This document shows, one piece after another, positions 1 through 10,367 of a stretch of 64,000 bases of DNA (positions within the stretch are counted from its first letter, which is position 1; every line of letters starts with the position of its first letter). A model generated the notes under the pieces. The model was not told the origin of the DNA. It made no database searches and saw only the letters and a program-made list of their open reading frames with translations. The position numbers and the translations under genes are program-made. The stretch is taken from sequence record SRR20825006_932; one strand, 5' to 3'.

Positions 1-381
1 AAATTCAACTTAAATTACACATTCAGAAAAGTTAAGATTCCAATGTTTCCAAAAATTCGGAATAATATAGATTTGGCTGTTAACGGCTCTTATAGTGAGG
101 ACAGTGATCAGAACTTTATACTTCCGAATGATCTTATAAAAGCGTTTAAAGATTACGATACTTTTGGTGACGATGTAAATCAATACGATTACGAACCTCA
201 ATCTAAAACAGGACAAAAACGTATTAGTGGCTCTCTGGTAATTGGGTATAGAATTTCAACAACCATTACATCGAACTTTGAGTACACTTATAACCGTGTG
301 ATACCAAACGGTTCTTCCACTCCTCCAAGAACGAATCAAGAAATTCGTTTCAACGTGAGAATACAAATTAGATCTAGATAG
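1..381 (+). CDS. sprA: 3' end of T9SS outer-membrane translocon SprA/Sov (partial, runs off window start)
   Basis: Frame is open from base 1 (KFNLNYTFRKVKIPMFPKIRNNIDL...). The terminal amphipathic strands 'GQKRISGSLVIGY...NFEYTYNRVIP..STPPRTNQEIRFNVRIQI' resemble the SprA C-terminus. T9SS cargo genes are present in the window. Confidence 0.65.
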   Translation, partial: KFNLNYTFRKVKIPMFPKIRNNIDLAVNGSYSEDSDQNFILPNDLIKAFKDYDTFGDDVNQYDYEPQSKTGQKRISGSLVIGYRISTTITSNFEYTYNRVIPNGSSTPPRTNQEIRFNVRIQIRSR

Positions 382-1915
382 ATTTCTTAAACTTTCGAAC
401 TAGTAAAAACCCTGAAAAAGATAGAGTGAGAGCAAGGCAGAGATAAGAAAGCCAATCCCCATATTTGGTATAGAACGTACTTGTAGTAAGTGATGGAACA
501 GTGAAAGTAAAACCTGTTCTAGTCCAGTATTCAGTTTTAGCTAAAATCTCACCTTGAGGATTAATAATACCAGAAAATCCATTATTAGCACTTCTTACCA
601 CCCACCGGTTAAACTCTATTGCTCGTAATCTTGCATACGCAAAGTGCTGATGATGACCACTCGTATTTCCCCACCAACCATCGTTTGTTATAATGGTGAT
701 AAATCCAGAGTTGTTATTTACAAACTCCCGAACCCAAGATGGATATACCGAATCATAGCACACTAATCCGCCTGTGATAAATGTATCTCCTAAAATTACT
801 GTGGGCTCCGTCCCTTTTCCGAATCCAGAAATCTTTCCCCAATTCACCCAATCAAAAACATCAACAGTGGTGAAAAAGGATAAGAATGGAAAGCGCTCTA
901 CAAAGGGCACTAAATTTGCTTTATTGTATTGGGAGACTGTTCCGTGTTCATCAATATATAAGGCAGCGTTAAAGATGTTATAAGCCTTTCCTTGTGTGGT
1001 GCCAAGGTATAAGTCTGGAGGAGTGTCGTAGAGCTGTATAATACCTGTTCCTGCAATAAAAGAAGCATTCCAAGCGCGTGCTGAGTCTGCAATTCTAGCA
1101 GTGACGCCAGATCTTTCATATATCTGACCATCAATCGCGTTTTCAGGCCAAACAATTAATCTAGTACTGGGCGTTTTTACTCTATAAGTTAGGGTAAAAA
1201 GACTATCTAGAACCTCGCCTAATCCATTCATTCCACCATAATCTTGATAAGAATCATGATTAGGTTGTATTACAGCGACTTCAGTTCCATTCTTTACAAT
1301 TTCTTGTGAGTTAATGGAAATCAAAAAAGAATAAAGAGGGAAAACAAACAACGAAGCCATCGCAAAAACTGCAGTTTTCAGTCGTTTGGTTTTTAGTGCT
1401 TGATAGGCCAAAGCACTTGTTAGTACCACCCAAAAAGTGATACCTAAATGGCCGGTTATGGATATGTATTGTATGAGTTGAATTTTATTCGCCCAAGCAT
1501 TGCCTAGCGCAAGCCACGGCCAAGATAGATCCCAATGATGGTGTAAATATTCGTATGAAACCCATGCAGCTGTTTGTAGAAGAGCGACAAGAATTGGGGA
1601 TTCATATTTCTTCGAAAAGATTCTAGCTAACACCAAAGGAATGGTCATTATCACGCTGTTAGCTAGAATTGCTGCAACTCCAGCTCCTAGACTTGCCATC
1701 AATAACCAATAAGTTGAAATAGCGTTCCAAACTACAAAGCCTACATAACTATAATAGGCTAATTGTTTGTTACTGTCTGCTTTATCAACAAGATGGAATA
1801 ACAAAAGAAAAGCTGGAAACGATAAAAACGATAAATTGACAGGAGGGAAGCTGAGGCCTAATAAAATACCTGTGGTAATAGAAATAGCCCACTTATTTTG
1901 GAGGAAGTTGCTCAT
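374..1915 (-). CDS. lnt: Apolipoprotein N-acyltransferase
   Basis: Multi-TM N-terminus with WPW..LG. Nitrilase triad motifs VWPE, YNKANLVPFVE, VCYDS, plus TNDGWWG and RSANNGFS. Confidence 0.95.
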   Translation of the reverse strand: MSNFLQNKWAISITTGILLGLSFPPVNLSFLSFPAFLLLFHLVDKADSNKQLAYYSYVGFVVWNAISTYWLLMASLGAGVAAILANSVIMTIPLVLARIFSKKYESPILVALLQTAAWVSYEYLHHHWDLSWPWLALGNAWANKIQLIQYISITGHLGITFWVVLTSALAYQALKTKRLKTAVFAMASLFVFPLYSFLISINSQEIVKNGTEVAVIQPNHDSYQDYGGMNGLGEVLDSLFTLTYRVKTPSTRLIVWPENAIDGQIYERSGVTARIADSARAWNASFIAGTGIIQLYDTPPDLYLGTTQGKAYNIFNAALYIDEHGTVSQYNKANLVPFVERFPFLSFFTTVDVFDWVNWGKISGFGKGTEPTVILGDTFITGGLVCYDSVYPSWVREFVNNNSGFITIITNDGWWGNTSGHHQHFAYARLRAIEFNRWVVRSANNGFSGIINPQGEILAKTEYWTRTGFTFTVPSLTTSTFYTKYGDWLSYLCLALTLSFSGFLLVRKFKKSI

Positions 1916-2595
1916 TCTGTATAATCTTTACCTGCCACTACAACAGCGATTTCGCCTTTTATTGAATCTCGAGCGTCAAAAGTAATATGGAGCTCTTCAA
2001 CTGTTCCTCGAACTACTTCTTCAAAGGTTTTGGTAAGCTCTCTGGCAACAGCGGCCAATCTATCCTGCCCAAAATGCTCTCCAAGTTCCCTAAGTAGTTT
2101 TAGAATACGATGCGGACTTTCATAAAAAATCATAGTGCGCTCTTCGTTAGCAAGTTCAGACAATCGTTTTTGGCGGCCTTTTTTATGAGGAAGAAAGCCT
2201 TCGAACACGTATTTATCACAAGGTAGCCCACTTGATACCAAAGCCGTTGTAGCTGCATCAGGCCCAGGAATTGCAGTAACGGTAAATCCTTCTTGCTTGG
2301 CAGCTCTAACAGCTAAAAAACCAGGGTCTGAAATACCAGGCATTCCGGCGTCACTTATTAATGCAACAGTTTGATTACCACGCAAAATATTCAGCACATG
2401 CTCAACTTTGAAATGCTCATTGTGTGAGTGAAATGAGAATTTTGGCTTATTTATATCAAAAGCTTTAAGCAACTTGCCAGATGTTCGGGTATCTTCACAA
2501 GCGATATAATCTACCGATTTAAGGACTTCAACCGCACGCGGCGAAAAGTCGCTTAGATTACCAATGGGTGTTGCAACTATGTAAAATGTGGACAA
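1912..2595 (-). CDS. rsmI: 16S rRNA (cytidine1402-2'-O)-methyltransferase
   Basis: Motifs VATPIGNL.D, ACEDTR, SDAGMPGISDPG, FEGFLP, YESPHR, RELTK.FEE. Confidence 0.96.
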   Translation of the reverse strand: MSTFYIVATPIGNLSDFSPRAVEVLKSVDYIACEDTRTSGKLLKAFDINKPKFSFHSHNEHFKVEHVLNILRGNQTVALISDAGMPGISDPGFLAVRAAKQEGFTVTAIPGPDAATTALVSSGLPCDKYVFEGFLPHKKGRQKRLSELANEERTMIFYESPHRILKLLRELGEHFGQDRLAAVARELTKTFEEVVRGTVEELHITFDARDSIKGEIAVVVAGKDYTE

Positions 2596-2750
2596 GTCAA
2601 CCTCGTTTTAAATGGATCCCAAAATTCTAAATTACTTTCCAGAAAAGAAAATACATTATAAGAATAAGAATCGTTTAATAAAGAACTAGAATATTCTTAA
2701 AATGTAGCTTCTTAATTCAACATATTACAACTTTATAGATTTCGAAAAGC

Positions 2751-3143
2751 ATGAACTTCAAACCATCCGGATTAAACCACATCACTATTAGAGTTAATAG
2801 AATTGATGCTTCTAAAGAGTTTTACGGTGAAATACTCGGTTTTGAACTTATCCGTACTATGGGGCAGAGTATGGCTGTGTACGATGTTGGCAATGGTGAT
2901 ACTCTCGTAATTGTTGAAGCGGAAACGAGTTATGATTCCACATCGAGAGATTTTAGAGTAGATCATTTTGGTTTTTATGTAGACTCAGCTAAGCAAGTGG
3001 ATGAGTTAGCTACATACTTTAGAGATAAAGAAGTAACGATTATGAGCGGCCCGGCAAACCGCAAAAAAGGGCGATTTCTTTTTGTAGCCGACCCAGACGG
3101 CAATATGATTGAGTTTTTCTATGAAGAAGGAAACTCAAAGTAG
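2751..3143 (+). CDS. VOC/glyoxalase family protein
   Basis: Motifs LNHITIRV..IDASKEFY, DHFGF, DPDGNMIE. Confidence 0.88.
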   Translation: MNFKPSGLNHITIRVNRIDASKEFYGEILGFELIRTMGQSMAVYDVGNGDTLVIVEAETSYDSTSRDFRVDHFGFYVDSAKQVDELATYFRDKEVTIMSGPANRKKGRFLFVADPDGNMIEFFYEEGNSK

Positions 3144-3250
3144 GGAAGAGATTCTTTTTTTGTTGAAACTGGTTGTTGGTAATCCAACCTCAAAATAAAA
3201 GCTCTATCCAACCACATTGGGTTTAATAGAGCCATATTTTAATGATTTAT

Positions 3251-3943
3251 TTAGCTGAAATCTAGTAATCTCGTATCTCTGACTTCAAAATAGTCTTCTT
3301 TGTCCCAATCGGTATTAATCACAATTCCACCCATCATATATAGTTTAGTTCCTACAAATGCTTCTTTAGAGAGCATAACTAAGTCCTGGATTTTACTGTG
3401 AATTTTCCTGTAAGCAACTTCAGTCGCTTCTTTAATAGGGTCATCAGCAGTTAGAATGGTATCTCTATTCGCGTAAAGTACTTGCTTAACTCGATTTTGT
3501 TGAGGGTCTGTAAGATCAACAGGAGTGAGCTCTAATGGTTCTTTTATCGAGTTAAGACCTGCAATTAACGAACCACAGCAGGTGGTGTTTTGTCTCTGTT
3601 GTTGGCGTAAAACTTCCCCAACCATTCCATTCTCAGAGACACCAATATGAGGTCCGTACAAAATGAAGGCATTTCCGCCAGAAGGTATATGGCTCGCAAA
3701 AGCTAAAACGCCTGTTTTACCAGTAAAAGGAAGCCCTGAAATGCCCCCAAAACGAAATGGGCCAGGACCAACAAACATTGGAGAAAAAACATTAAAGGTG
3801 TTTGTTACTTCATCTGAGCACAAAGAAGTGCCCCAAGTTGTTCTGTTAAGAAGAAAGCCGTTTACACTTAGGTCGGTAGCAATTCTTCCTTCAAGTTCTT
3901 TAACTGTAACAGCGTTAGGGTATTGTTCTTTTATAAAATTCAT
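3251..3943 (-). CDS. LCIB/theta-type carbonic anhydrase-like protein
   Basis: Motifs SLCSDE, GGISGLPFTGKTG, SHIP, YGPHIG, CCGSL and GGIVINT match the LCIB family, including Cys/His/Cys zinc ligands. Confidence 0.82.
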   Translation of the reverse strand: MNFIKEQYPNAVTVKELEGRIATDLSVNGFLLNRTTWGTSLCSDEVTNTFNVFSPMFVGPGPFRFGGISGLPFTGKTGVLAFASHIPSGGNAFILYGPHIGVSENGMVGEVLRQQQRQNTTCCGSLIAGLNSIKEPLELTPVDLTDPQQNRVKQVLYANRDTILTADDPIKEATEVAYRKIHSKIQDLVMLSKEAFVGTKLYMMGGIVINTDWDKEDYFEVRDTRLLDFS

Positions 3944-4271
3944 CTAAGAATTTGAGTTCAAGTATAAATTTGGGTTCAACTACGTAAGATAACTTTATGA
4001 AGCAAAGCATCAATTATTTTTTTTCTCTAATCATAAATATTTAGTTAAAATAATCAGTATATTTAAAGTTCTTATTGAAAGTGTGAGTTCACGATAAGTC
4101 TGGAAAAAAATACTTTAGTATAAATCCTTCAGGTTTATAGATCATTGCTGGCCTTTATAAATCAAGCTGTCTGCTTGCCTCTTGTCATTAGCTCACCAAT
4201 ACCTAAAATGATTCCGGGCAAGAACATCGCACAGCACACTTTTTTGAACGGGATAAAAATGTATAATATAT

Positions 4272-6134
4272 ATGCCAACGTTCAAAGAACTAGGTCTAAA
4301 AGAAGAAATTCTTGAAGCCGTAGAATTACTAGGTTTTACAGAACCTACCAAAGTACAAGAATTAGCCATTCCGACTATTCTTGCTTCACAAAGAGATTTA
4401 ATTGCTCTTGCACAAACTGGAACGGGTAAAACCGGCGCTTTTGGGCTTCCAAGTTTAAACCAAGTTGATGCTACCTCAAATACTGTTCAAGTATTAGTAC
4501 TTTCACCAACACGTGAGTTAGCAATTCAGATTGCAAAAGATTTAAAATCTTACTCCAAAAAAATTAAAGGTCTTAAGACAGTTGCCGTATATGGCGGTGC
4601 TAATATTTCGACACAAATTCGTGCACTAGAAAATGGTTGCCAAGTTGTGATTGGTACTCCTGGCCGTATGCTCGATCTTATCAAACGAAGAAAATTGAAC
4701 GTTACTAACGTTCGTACATTAGTTCTTGATGAAGCTGATGAAATGCTAAACATGGGTTTTCAAGATGACTTGGATGCTATTTTAGCTGATACTCCTAAAG
4801 AAAAGCAAACATTACTGTTCTCAGCTACTATGCCAAAAGGCATTGCAAATATTGCAAAAAAGTACATGAACAATCCCGAAGAAATTGCAGTGGGAGATCG
4901 TAATGCAGGTGCAAAAAATGTAGAGCATCATTATTACATGGTGCATGCAAGAGACCGTTTCCAAGCTCTAAAGCGTGTTACAGATATGAATCCTGATGTA
5001 TATGGGATTATTTTCTGTAGAACACGAATTGAAACGGCTGAAATTGCATCTAAGCTGAACAAAGACGGTTACAATGTAGATTTATTAAACGGTGATCTTT
5101 CTCAAGCTCAACGTGATGATGTAATGGATCGTTTTAGAAAAAAAGAATTACAACTTCTTGTGGCTACTGATGTTGCTGCTCGTGGATTGGATGTAAACGA
5201 CCTTACTCACGTAATTAATTACAACCTTCCGGATGATTTGGAAGTGTACATTCACCGTAGTGGTAGAACTGGCCGTGCTGGTAAAAGTGGTATTTCCATC
5301 TCTATCATTCACACTCGTGAAACTCGAAGAATTCGTGATTTAGAGCGCATGTCGGGTAAAGACTTTATCAAAAAAGAAGTTCCTAGTGGCCAAGAGATTT
5401 GTGGCATAAGAATGCTGGATCTTATTGATACTGTAAAAGAAACAGTGATTGATGAAGAAAATATTCAGAAATTTTTACCACAAGCTTTAGAGAAACTAGC
5501 CGATTTCGATCGTGAAACTCTTATAAAGCATTTCTTATCTGCTGAATTCAACCAATTCTTAGAGTACTACAAAGACTCTAACGACTTGAACGCAACTGGT
5601 GGAAGAGGAGACCGTGATCGTGGCGGAAGAAACGATCGTAGTGACAGAGGCGGAAGAGGTGGTGATAGACAAGACCGCGGTAGCCGTGGTGGACGAAGTG
5701 GTGGTCGTGAAGATAACGATTCTAACTTCGAACGCTATTTTATCAATGTTGGACGTAGAGATGGTTTAAATCCTGTGCGTTTGATGGGGCTTGTGAATGA
5801 GAATATGAACGGATCTAAGCCAGATTTTGGTAAAATTGATGTTCAGAATAACTTCACTTTCTTTGATGTTGAGAAAGGTTTCGAGAACGATCTTGTTAGC
5901 GGAATGAAAGGAACTAAGTTTGAAGGACGTGATGTTGCTGTTGAAGCTTCTAATCAAGACGCCAAAAATGTAGGTTCTGGTGGAAGAAATGGCGGCGGCG
6001 GAAGTAGATCTGGCGGCGGTGGCGGAAGAAGCTACGGCGGTGGCGGAAATAGAAGCGGCGGCGGTGGAGGCGGTTTCCCAAAAGGAAGACGCGAGAAACG
6101 AGAACGTAAAGGCGGCGGTGGAAGAAGAGATTAA
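4272..6134 (+). CDS. deaD: DEAD-box RNA helicase (DeaD/CsdA-like) with DbpA-type RNA-binding domain and RGG-rich tail
   Basis: Motifs AQTGTGKT, PTRELA, DEADEM, SAT, ARGLD, HRSGRTGRAG. C-terminal RYFINVGRRDG domain. Confidence 0.93.
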   Translation: MPTFKELGLKEEILEAVELLGFTEPTKVQELAIPTILASQRDLIALAQTGTGKTGAFGLPSLNQVDATSNTVQVLVLSPTRELAIQIAKDLKSYSKKIKGLKTVAVYGGANISTQIRALENGCQVVIGTPGRMLDLIKRRKLNVTNVRTLVLDEADEMLNMGFQDDLDAILADTPKEKQTLLFSATMPKGIANIAKKYMNNPEEIAVGDRNAGAKNVEHHYYMVHARDRFQALKRVTDMNPDVYGIIFCRTRIETAEIASKLNKDGYNVDLLNGDLSQAQRDDVMDRFRKKELQLLVATDVAARGLDVNDLTHVINYNLPDDLEVYIHRSGRTGRAGKSGISISIIHTRETRRIRDLERMSGKDFIKKEVPSGQEICGIRMLDLIDTVKETVIDEENIQKFLPQALEKLADFDRETLIKHFLSAEFNQFLEYYKDSNDLNATGGRGDRDRGGRNDRSDRGGRGGDRQDRGSRGGRSGGREDNDSNFERYFINVGRRDGLNPVRLMGLVNENMNGSKPDFGKIDVQNNFTFFDVEKGFENDLVSGMKGTKFEGRDVAVEASNQDAKNVGSGGRNGGGGSRSGGGGGRSYGGGGNRSGGGGGGFPKGRREKRERKGGGGRRD

Positions 6135-6186
6135 TATTCTCTTAACTACCTTCTGAGTTCTAAATTCAGCTGTTTATAATTACTTT

Positions 6187-6233
6187 AAGCTATCATTTTA
6201 TCTGATTTATTAGATAAAGTGGTAGCTTTTTTT
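6187..6233 (+). terminator. Intrinsic terminator after the helicase gene
   Basis: Hairpin aagctatcattttatct / agataaagtggtagctt followed by a T-run. Confidence 0.8.
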
Positions 6234-6346
6234 ATGAAAGTATGATGGTATCAACTTTCAATTTTGAGATAGATGAACTATTCCATCTTCGCCGAAATAC
6301 CACGACATTACCTTAATCCAAATCATAATAATTAGAAGCTAATTCT

Positions 6347-7246
6347 ATGGCGAACCCAATTGATGTGGTAATTCTCACTGAGTCGAGATATCTAAATCCT
6401 ATTAATAAAACACCATACGTAACCAATGTCTTGCTGGAAGATGAGTTAGTACAAAAAGCTCTTGAAGAAGTTGGTTTGACCGTTACTAGAAAAGATTGGG
6501 CTGATTCTAATTTCGACTGGAGTAGTACAAATGCTATACTTTTTAGAACAACATGGGACTACTTTGATCGGATTGAAGAATTTAAGCTTTGGCTTGAAAG
6601 GGTTGAGGGTAAAACAAAAGCTATTAACCCAATTTCTCAAATCCGGTGGAATATGGATAAATGGTATTTGAAGGATTTAGAGGGAAAGGGAATTCCTGTT
6701 GTAGAAACCTTGTATTTACGCCGAGTAGAGAAACGGTCGTTAGAAGAAATTCTTATATTGTCGGGTTGGGAAGATGCAATTTTGAAGCCAACTGTTGCTG
6801 GTGGAGGTAGGCATACTTATCGAATAAATCCACAAACAGCCAAAGAACTAGAATCTACCTTTTCTGAATTAATTGGCAATGAGGATTTGATGCTCCAGCC
6901 ATTCCAAACAAATATTCAACTTAAAGGAGAGGTTTCTTTAATAGTGATTGGGGGTGTATTCACGCATGCTATTCTCAAGAAAGCTAAATCGGGAGATTTC
7001 AGAGTACAAGATGACTTTGGAGGAAGTGTTCATGAATATAAAGCATCAACAGAAGAAATTATCTTTGCAGAGCGTGTTGTCGCTGTTTGCGAACCCGTGC
7101 CAAGTTACGCCCGTGTTGATGTAATGTGGAATAACGAGAACCAACTAGTGGTTTCAGAAGTAGAATTAATAGAGCCAGAACTTTGGTTTCGAGAATACCC
7201 TGAAGCGGCTATAGCCTTAGCTCATCAGATTAAAAATAGCTTGTAA
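6347..7246 (+). CDS. RimK-like ATP-grasp ligase
   Basis: Motifs RTTWDYF, WNMDKWYL, ILKPTV, DFRVQDDFGG, YARVD, EVELIEPELW. Confidence 0.85.
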   Translation: MANPIDVVILTESRYLNPINKTPYVTNVLLEDELVQKALEEVGLTVTRKDWADSNFDWSSTNAILFRTTWDYFDRIEEFKLWLERVEGKTKAINPISQIRWNMDKWYLKDLEGKGIPVVETLYLRRVEKRSLEEILILSGWEDAILKPTVAGGGRHTYRINPQTAKELESTFSELIGNEDLMLQPFQTNIQLKGEVSLIVIGGVFTHAILKKAKSGDFRVQDDFGGSVHEYKASTEEIIFAERVVAVCEPVPSYARVDVMWNNENQLVVSEVELIEPELWFREYPEAAIALAHQIKNSL

Positions 7247-7291
7247 TACACCATTGTTAGCGTATTACAAGCATCGAGATATGTCACAGTT

Positions 7292-9460
7292 CTAAAACTT
7301 TAGCTTTACACCACCATTTATAACAAAGCCATCGACTGGGGCATAAATATCACGGAATTGAGGCTCATCTATTGTACCTGTGAAAATAGTATCAAAACCT
7401 GTTTGACGTGTATCTAAGAAGTTCTCAAAGTTCAGAAATATGGAGAGGTTCTCACCGATTGTCTTTTCTGTCATTAAACCATTGATCCAATATGATTTAC
7501 CTCTGCTGCCATCACCCAATGTCTGTGGGCTGAAATAATAAGCTTCTAAACCAATCCAGAAATTCCCGTGTTTTTCGTACATCAATACATTGTTCAATCG
7601 GTTTTTTGCGACTAGAGGAAACTTAGTTGATGTTCCGTTGTAATGCTCTTGAACGTTGGCGTGTGTATAGCCAATAAACAGCTTTAAATCGTCGTAACTC
7701 CATTTCATGTTAACTTCCACACCTTTGGTGTCTACGTAGCCATTAGGCTGAATGTATTCAAATCCAGCCACGTTTGTGCTGAGTAAAAGTGGGTCATTAA
7801 TCTTGGTATAAAAAAGGAGAATGTTTGTTGATAAAGAAAGCTTATCAGAAAAAACCAATTGATAGTTTGTATCAAAATTTCCACCAATAGAACGCTCTGC
7901 TTCAAGTACGTTAGTGTCGATAGGTCGGATATTCTGAAATTGTAACCGTTCTGCATCTTCAGAAAATACAGTAGGAGATTTATAGCCTAAACCACCACCT
8001 AATCGGAACGTAAGTTTTTGATGGGGCTCGAAGAGTAATGAGAAACGAGGCAAAGCAAACATCCCATATTCGTTATGGTAATCCATTCTAAAGCCTGTTT
8101 CTAGTGTCCACTTTGGTTGCACATTCCAAATGTTCTGAGCAAATCCACCATAAACCGCATTGGAGAAACCCAGATCTTGGTTATTCCCACCTTCGGTTTG
8201 ATCGAAATTATCTGTCCATAGATTTAAACCAGTAATCCATTCTGTGTTTTCGTTAACAAGACTGATATTAGCTTCACTGAAGGATGAAGTTTGAGTGCCT
8301 GCAAACAAGTAGTTCGGAATTGCTACGGAGCGGTCATAAAAGTTCAAACTATTCTTAATAGTTAACGTTGCACTTTCACTTAGCTGATGCACAAGTTCTA
8401 CCTGACTAGATACCCGTTCAGTCTTATTTTCTTCGAAATAAGGATCGGTCACATCATCACCTTCAACATACTTGATGTTGCCTCCGAGTCGGTCTTCCGA
8501 GATTAAATTAATTCCTGCATTCAATGTTGTCTGCTCATTGAAATACACAAATACCTTGGGATTCAACGTAAAGCGTTCAAATTTTGGAATAGCGGTAAGA
8601 CCAATGTCTGCGGGGTCGTATGGGGTGCCTTTGTTATAAGAAGCGAAAACAGTGGTTCCAATCTTGTCATTACGCTTTGAATAAAACCCGCTGAGATCTA
8701 ATCCCATTGCGGAAGTTCCGTTGATCATAAAACTAAGTTCAGGAGTTTCTTCGGGAGTCTTTGTTATTAAATTAACCAAACCAGAAATGGCGCCTTCTCC
8801 ATATAAAGTGGATGACGCTCCCTTAATAACTTCCACCTGTTTTAAATCGAGAGGAGTAATTTGCATGAGGCTTAATCCATCTGAAAACCCAGAATAAAGA
8901 GGAAATCCATCACGTAGCAATTGCGTGTATTTACCATCAAGACCTTGAATCCGTATGCTAGAATTGTAGCTGGTTGCAGAAGTTTGTTGAGTTTGGATAC
9001 CCGTACTTTCGTTTAGAAGCATTCGGATGTCACCAGGTTTCATATTTCCTTTTTCGGAAAGTTCTTCGCCAGCAATAAACTCAACACGAGTTGGAATATC
9101 TTCTATAGTTCGGCTACTTCGTGTGGAGCTAATTACGAGCGCTTCCATTTCGTCGTGATGGAGCTCAAAAATTTGATTCTGCTGAGATTGAGCTAAAGGA
9201 AAAGTTCGGCTAAAAGATTGTGTTTCATGTCCCAAGTTTCTAATCTCAATTTGGTGAGTACCGTCTGGGATATTCTTTACGATACCTTTTCCATCTAAAT
9301 CGGTACTTGTCCCGATGTTCAATTCAGGAAAGAATATAGTGGCACCATATATGGGTTCATCGCTTTCATGATCAACTACGGTTGCTTCAAAAGTATTTTG
9401 AGCTAAGATGCCGTTGCTAATAAAAAGAGTCAGAAAACTAAGGATATAGAGAATTCGCAT
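7292..9460 (-). CDS. TonB-dependent receptor with N-terminal carboxypeptidase-regulatory-like domain
   Basis: Signal peptide, plug motifs IRIQGLDG and QVEVIKG.SSTLYG, barrel NFENFLD, C-terminal Phe. Confidence 0.92.
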   Translation of the reverse strand: MRILYILSFLTLFISNGILAQNTFEATVVDHESDEPIYGATIFFPELNIGTSTDLDGKGIVKNIPDGTHQIEIRNLGHETQSFSRTFPLAQSQQNQIFELHHDEMEALVISSTRSSRTIEDIPTRVEFIAGEELSEKGNMKPGDIRMLLNESTGIQTQQTSATSYNSSIRIQGLDGKYTQLLRDGFPLYSGFSDGLSLMQITPLDLKQVEVIKGASSTLYGEGAISGLVNLITKTPEETPELSFMINGTSAMGLDLSGFYSKRNDKIGTTVFASYNKGTPYDPADIGLTAIPKFERFTLNPKVFVYFNEQTTLNAGINLISEDRLGGNIKYVEGDDVTDPYFEENKTERVSSQVELVHQLSESATLTIKNSLNFYDRSVAIPNYLFAGTQTSSFSEANISLVNENTEWITGLNLWTDNFDQTEGGNNQDLGFSNAVYGGFAQNIWNVQPKWTLETGFRMDYHNEYGMFALPRFSLLFEPHQKLTFRLGGGLGYKSPTVFSEDAERLQFQNIRPIDTNVLEAERSIGGNFDTNYQLVFSDKLSLSTNILLFYTKINDPLLLSTNVAGFEYIQPNGYVDTKGVEVNMKWSYDDLKLFIGYTHANVQEHYNGTSTKFPLVAKNRLNNVLMYEKHGNFWIGLEAYYFSPQTLGDGSRGKSYWINGLMTEKTIGENLSIFLNFENFLDTRQTGFDTIFTGTIDEPQFRDIYAPVDGFVINGGVKLKF

Positions 9461-9520
9461 AATCGATTGATAGGGTTTACAAAGTGATTAAGGAGATTTT
9501 GAATTTCAGAAAAAAATCCA

Positions 9521-9556
9521 AAGAAAAAGAAAAGCCTTTTTAGACTTTTCTTTTTG
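9521..9556 (-). terminator. Probable intrinsic terminator after hisI
   Basis: Minus strand reads caaaaagaaaagtct-aaaa-ggcttttctttttcttt, a hairpin with a U-rich tail. Confidence 0.55.
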
Positions 9557-9578
9557 TAAAAACTAAATAAATAAGAAT

Positions 9579-10061
9579 TTAAAGTTTAGTTGGATTTGGA
9601 GCATCTCCATAAACTTCGAGGGGATCGAATACTTTTTCAGTTTCTTCGAACTTAAGTTTACCATCTTTTTTGAAGAAGTCTTCACCTGTTGGTACGCTTC
9701 TATAAAAACAAGAGCGGTAACCAACATGGCAACTAGCACCATTACCTTGAACTTGAACACGCAACCAAACACAGTCTTGGTCGTCGTCTATACGCATTTC
9801 TTTAACAATTTGAGTTAAACCCGAAGTTGCACCTTTATGCCAAAGAGATTCGCGGCTACGGCTATAGTAAACAGCTTCTCCTAATTCGATAGTTTTTTTG
9901 AAAGCTTCTTCATTCATGTAACCATGCATCAATAACTCACCAGAGGTGAAGTCGGTGGTTACTACAGGAATCAATCCATTTGCTTGAAATTTAGGAGCTA
10001 AGTCGTTGGCTTCTTCAACTTGCTCTACGGTAAGTCTTTCTTTGAATGTAATTTCGTTCAT
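9579..10061 (-). CDS. hisI: Phosphoribosyl-AMP cyclohydrolase (stand-alone; DDDQD variant)
   Basis: Motifs [33 protein letters not shown]. Confidence 0.93.
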   Translation of the reverse strand: MNEITFKERLTVEQVEEANDLAPKFQANGLIPVVTTDFTSGELLMHGYMNEEAFKKTIELGEAVYYSRSRESLWHKGATSGLTQIVKEMRIDDDQDCVWLRVQVQGNGASCHVGYRSCFYRSVPTGEDFFKKDGKLKFEETEKVFDPLEVYGDAPNPTKL

Positions 10062-10091
10062 TCTTTTTTTTAATCTGTTAATCGAAACCGA

Positions 10092-10367
10092 TTACGTGTG
10101 AGTTGTTGTGTCTTTACTGTTTTTTAGATCGAGTTTTTTGGGAACCGGATCGTAACCGTGGCTACCCCAAGGGTGACAGCGGCCAATTCTTTTTATGCCT
10201 AGCCAGAAACCTTTTAAAGGTCCCCATTCATTCACAGCTTCAATCATATACTGCGAACAAGTGGGTGCGTACCGGCAACTACTTCTTGTCCAAGGTGAAA
10301 TAGCTAATTGATAAAAGCGTACTAATCCAATAATCAATTTGCTGAATATGAATTTCAGCAGTTTCAT
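10092..10367 (-). CDS. yidD: Membrane protein insertion efficiency factor
   Basis: Motifs [32 protein letters not shown]. Confidence 0.95.
   Translation of the reverse strand: MKLLKFIFSKLIIGLVRFYQLAISPWTRSSCRYAPTCSQYMIEAVNEWGPLKGFWLGIKRIGRCHPWGSHGYDPVPKKLDLKNSKDTTTHT

Noticed and set aside
5595-6130. GGC/GGT-rich repeats as a DNA repeat or CRISPR-like array
   Set aside because: They encode the Gly/Arg-rich helicase tracts. There is no repeat-spacer periodicity. No CRISPR array, tRNA or rRNA was recognised anywhere in the window.
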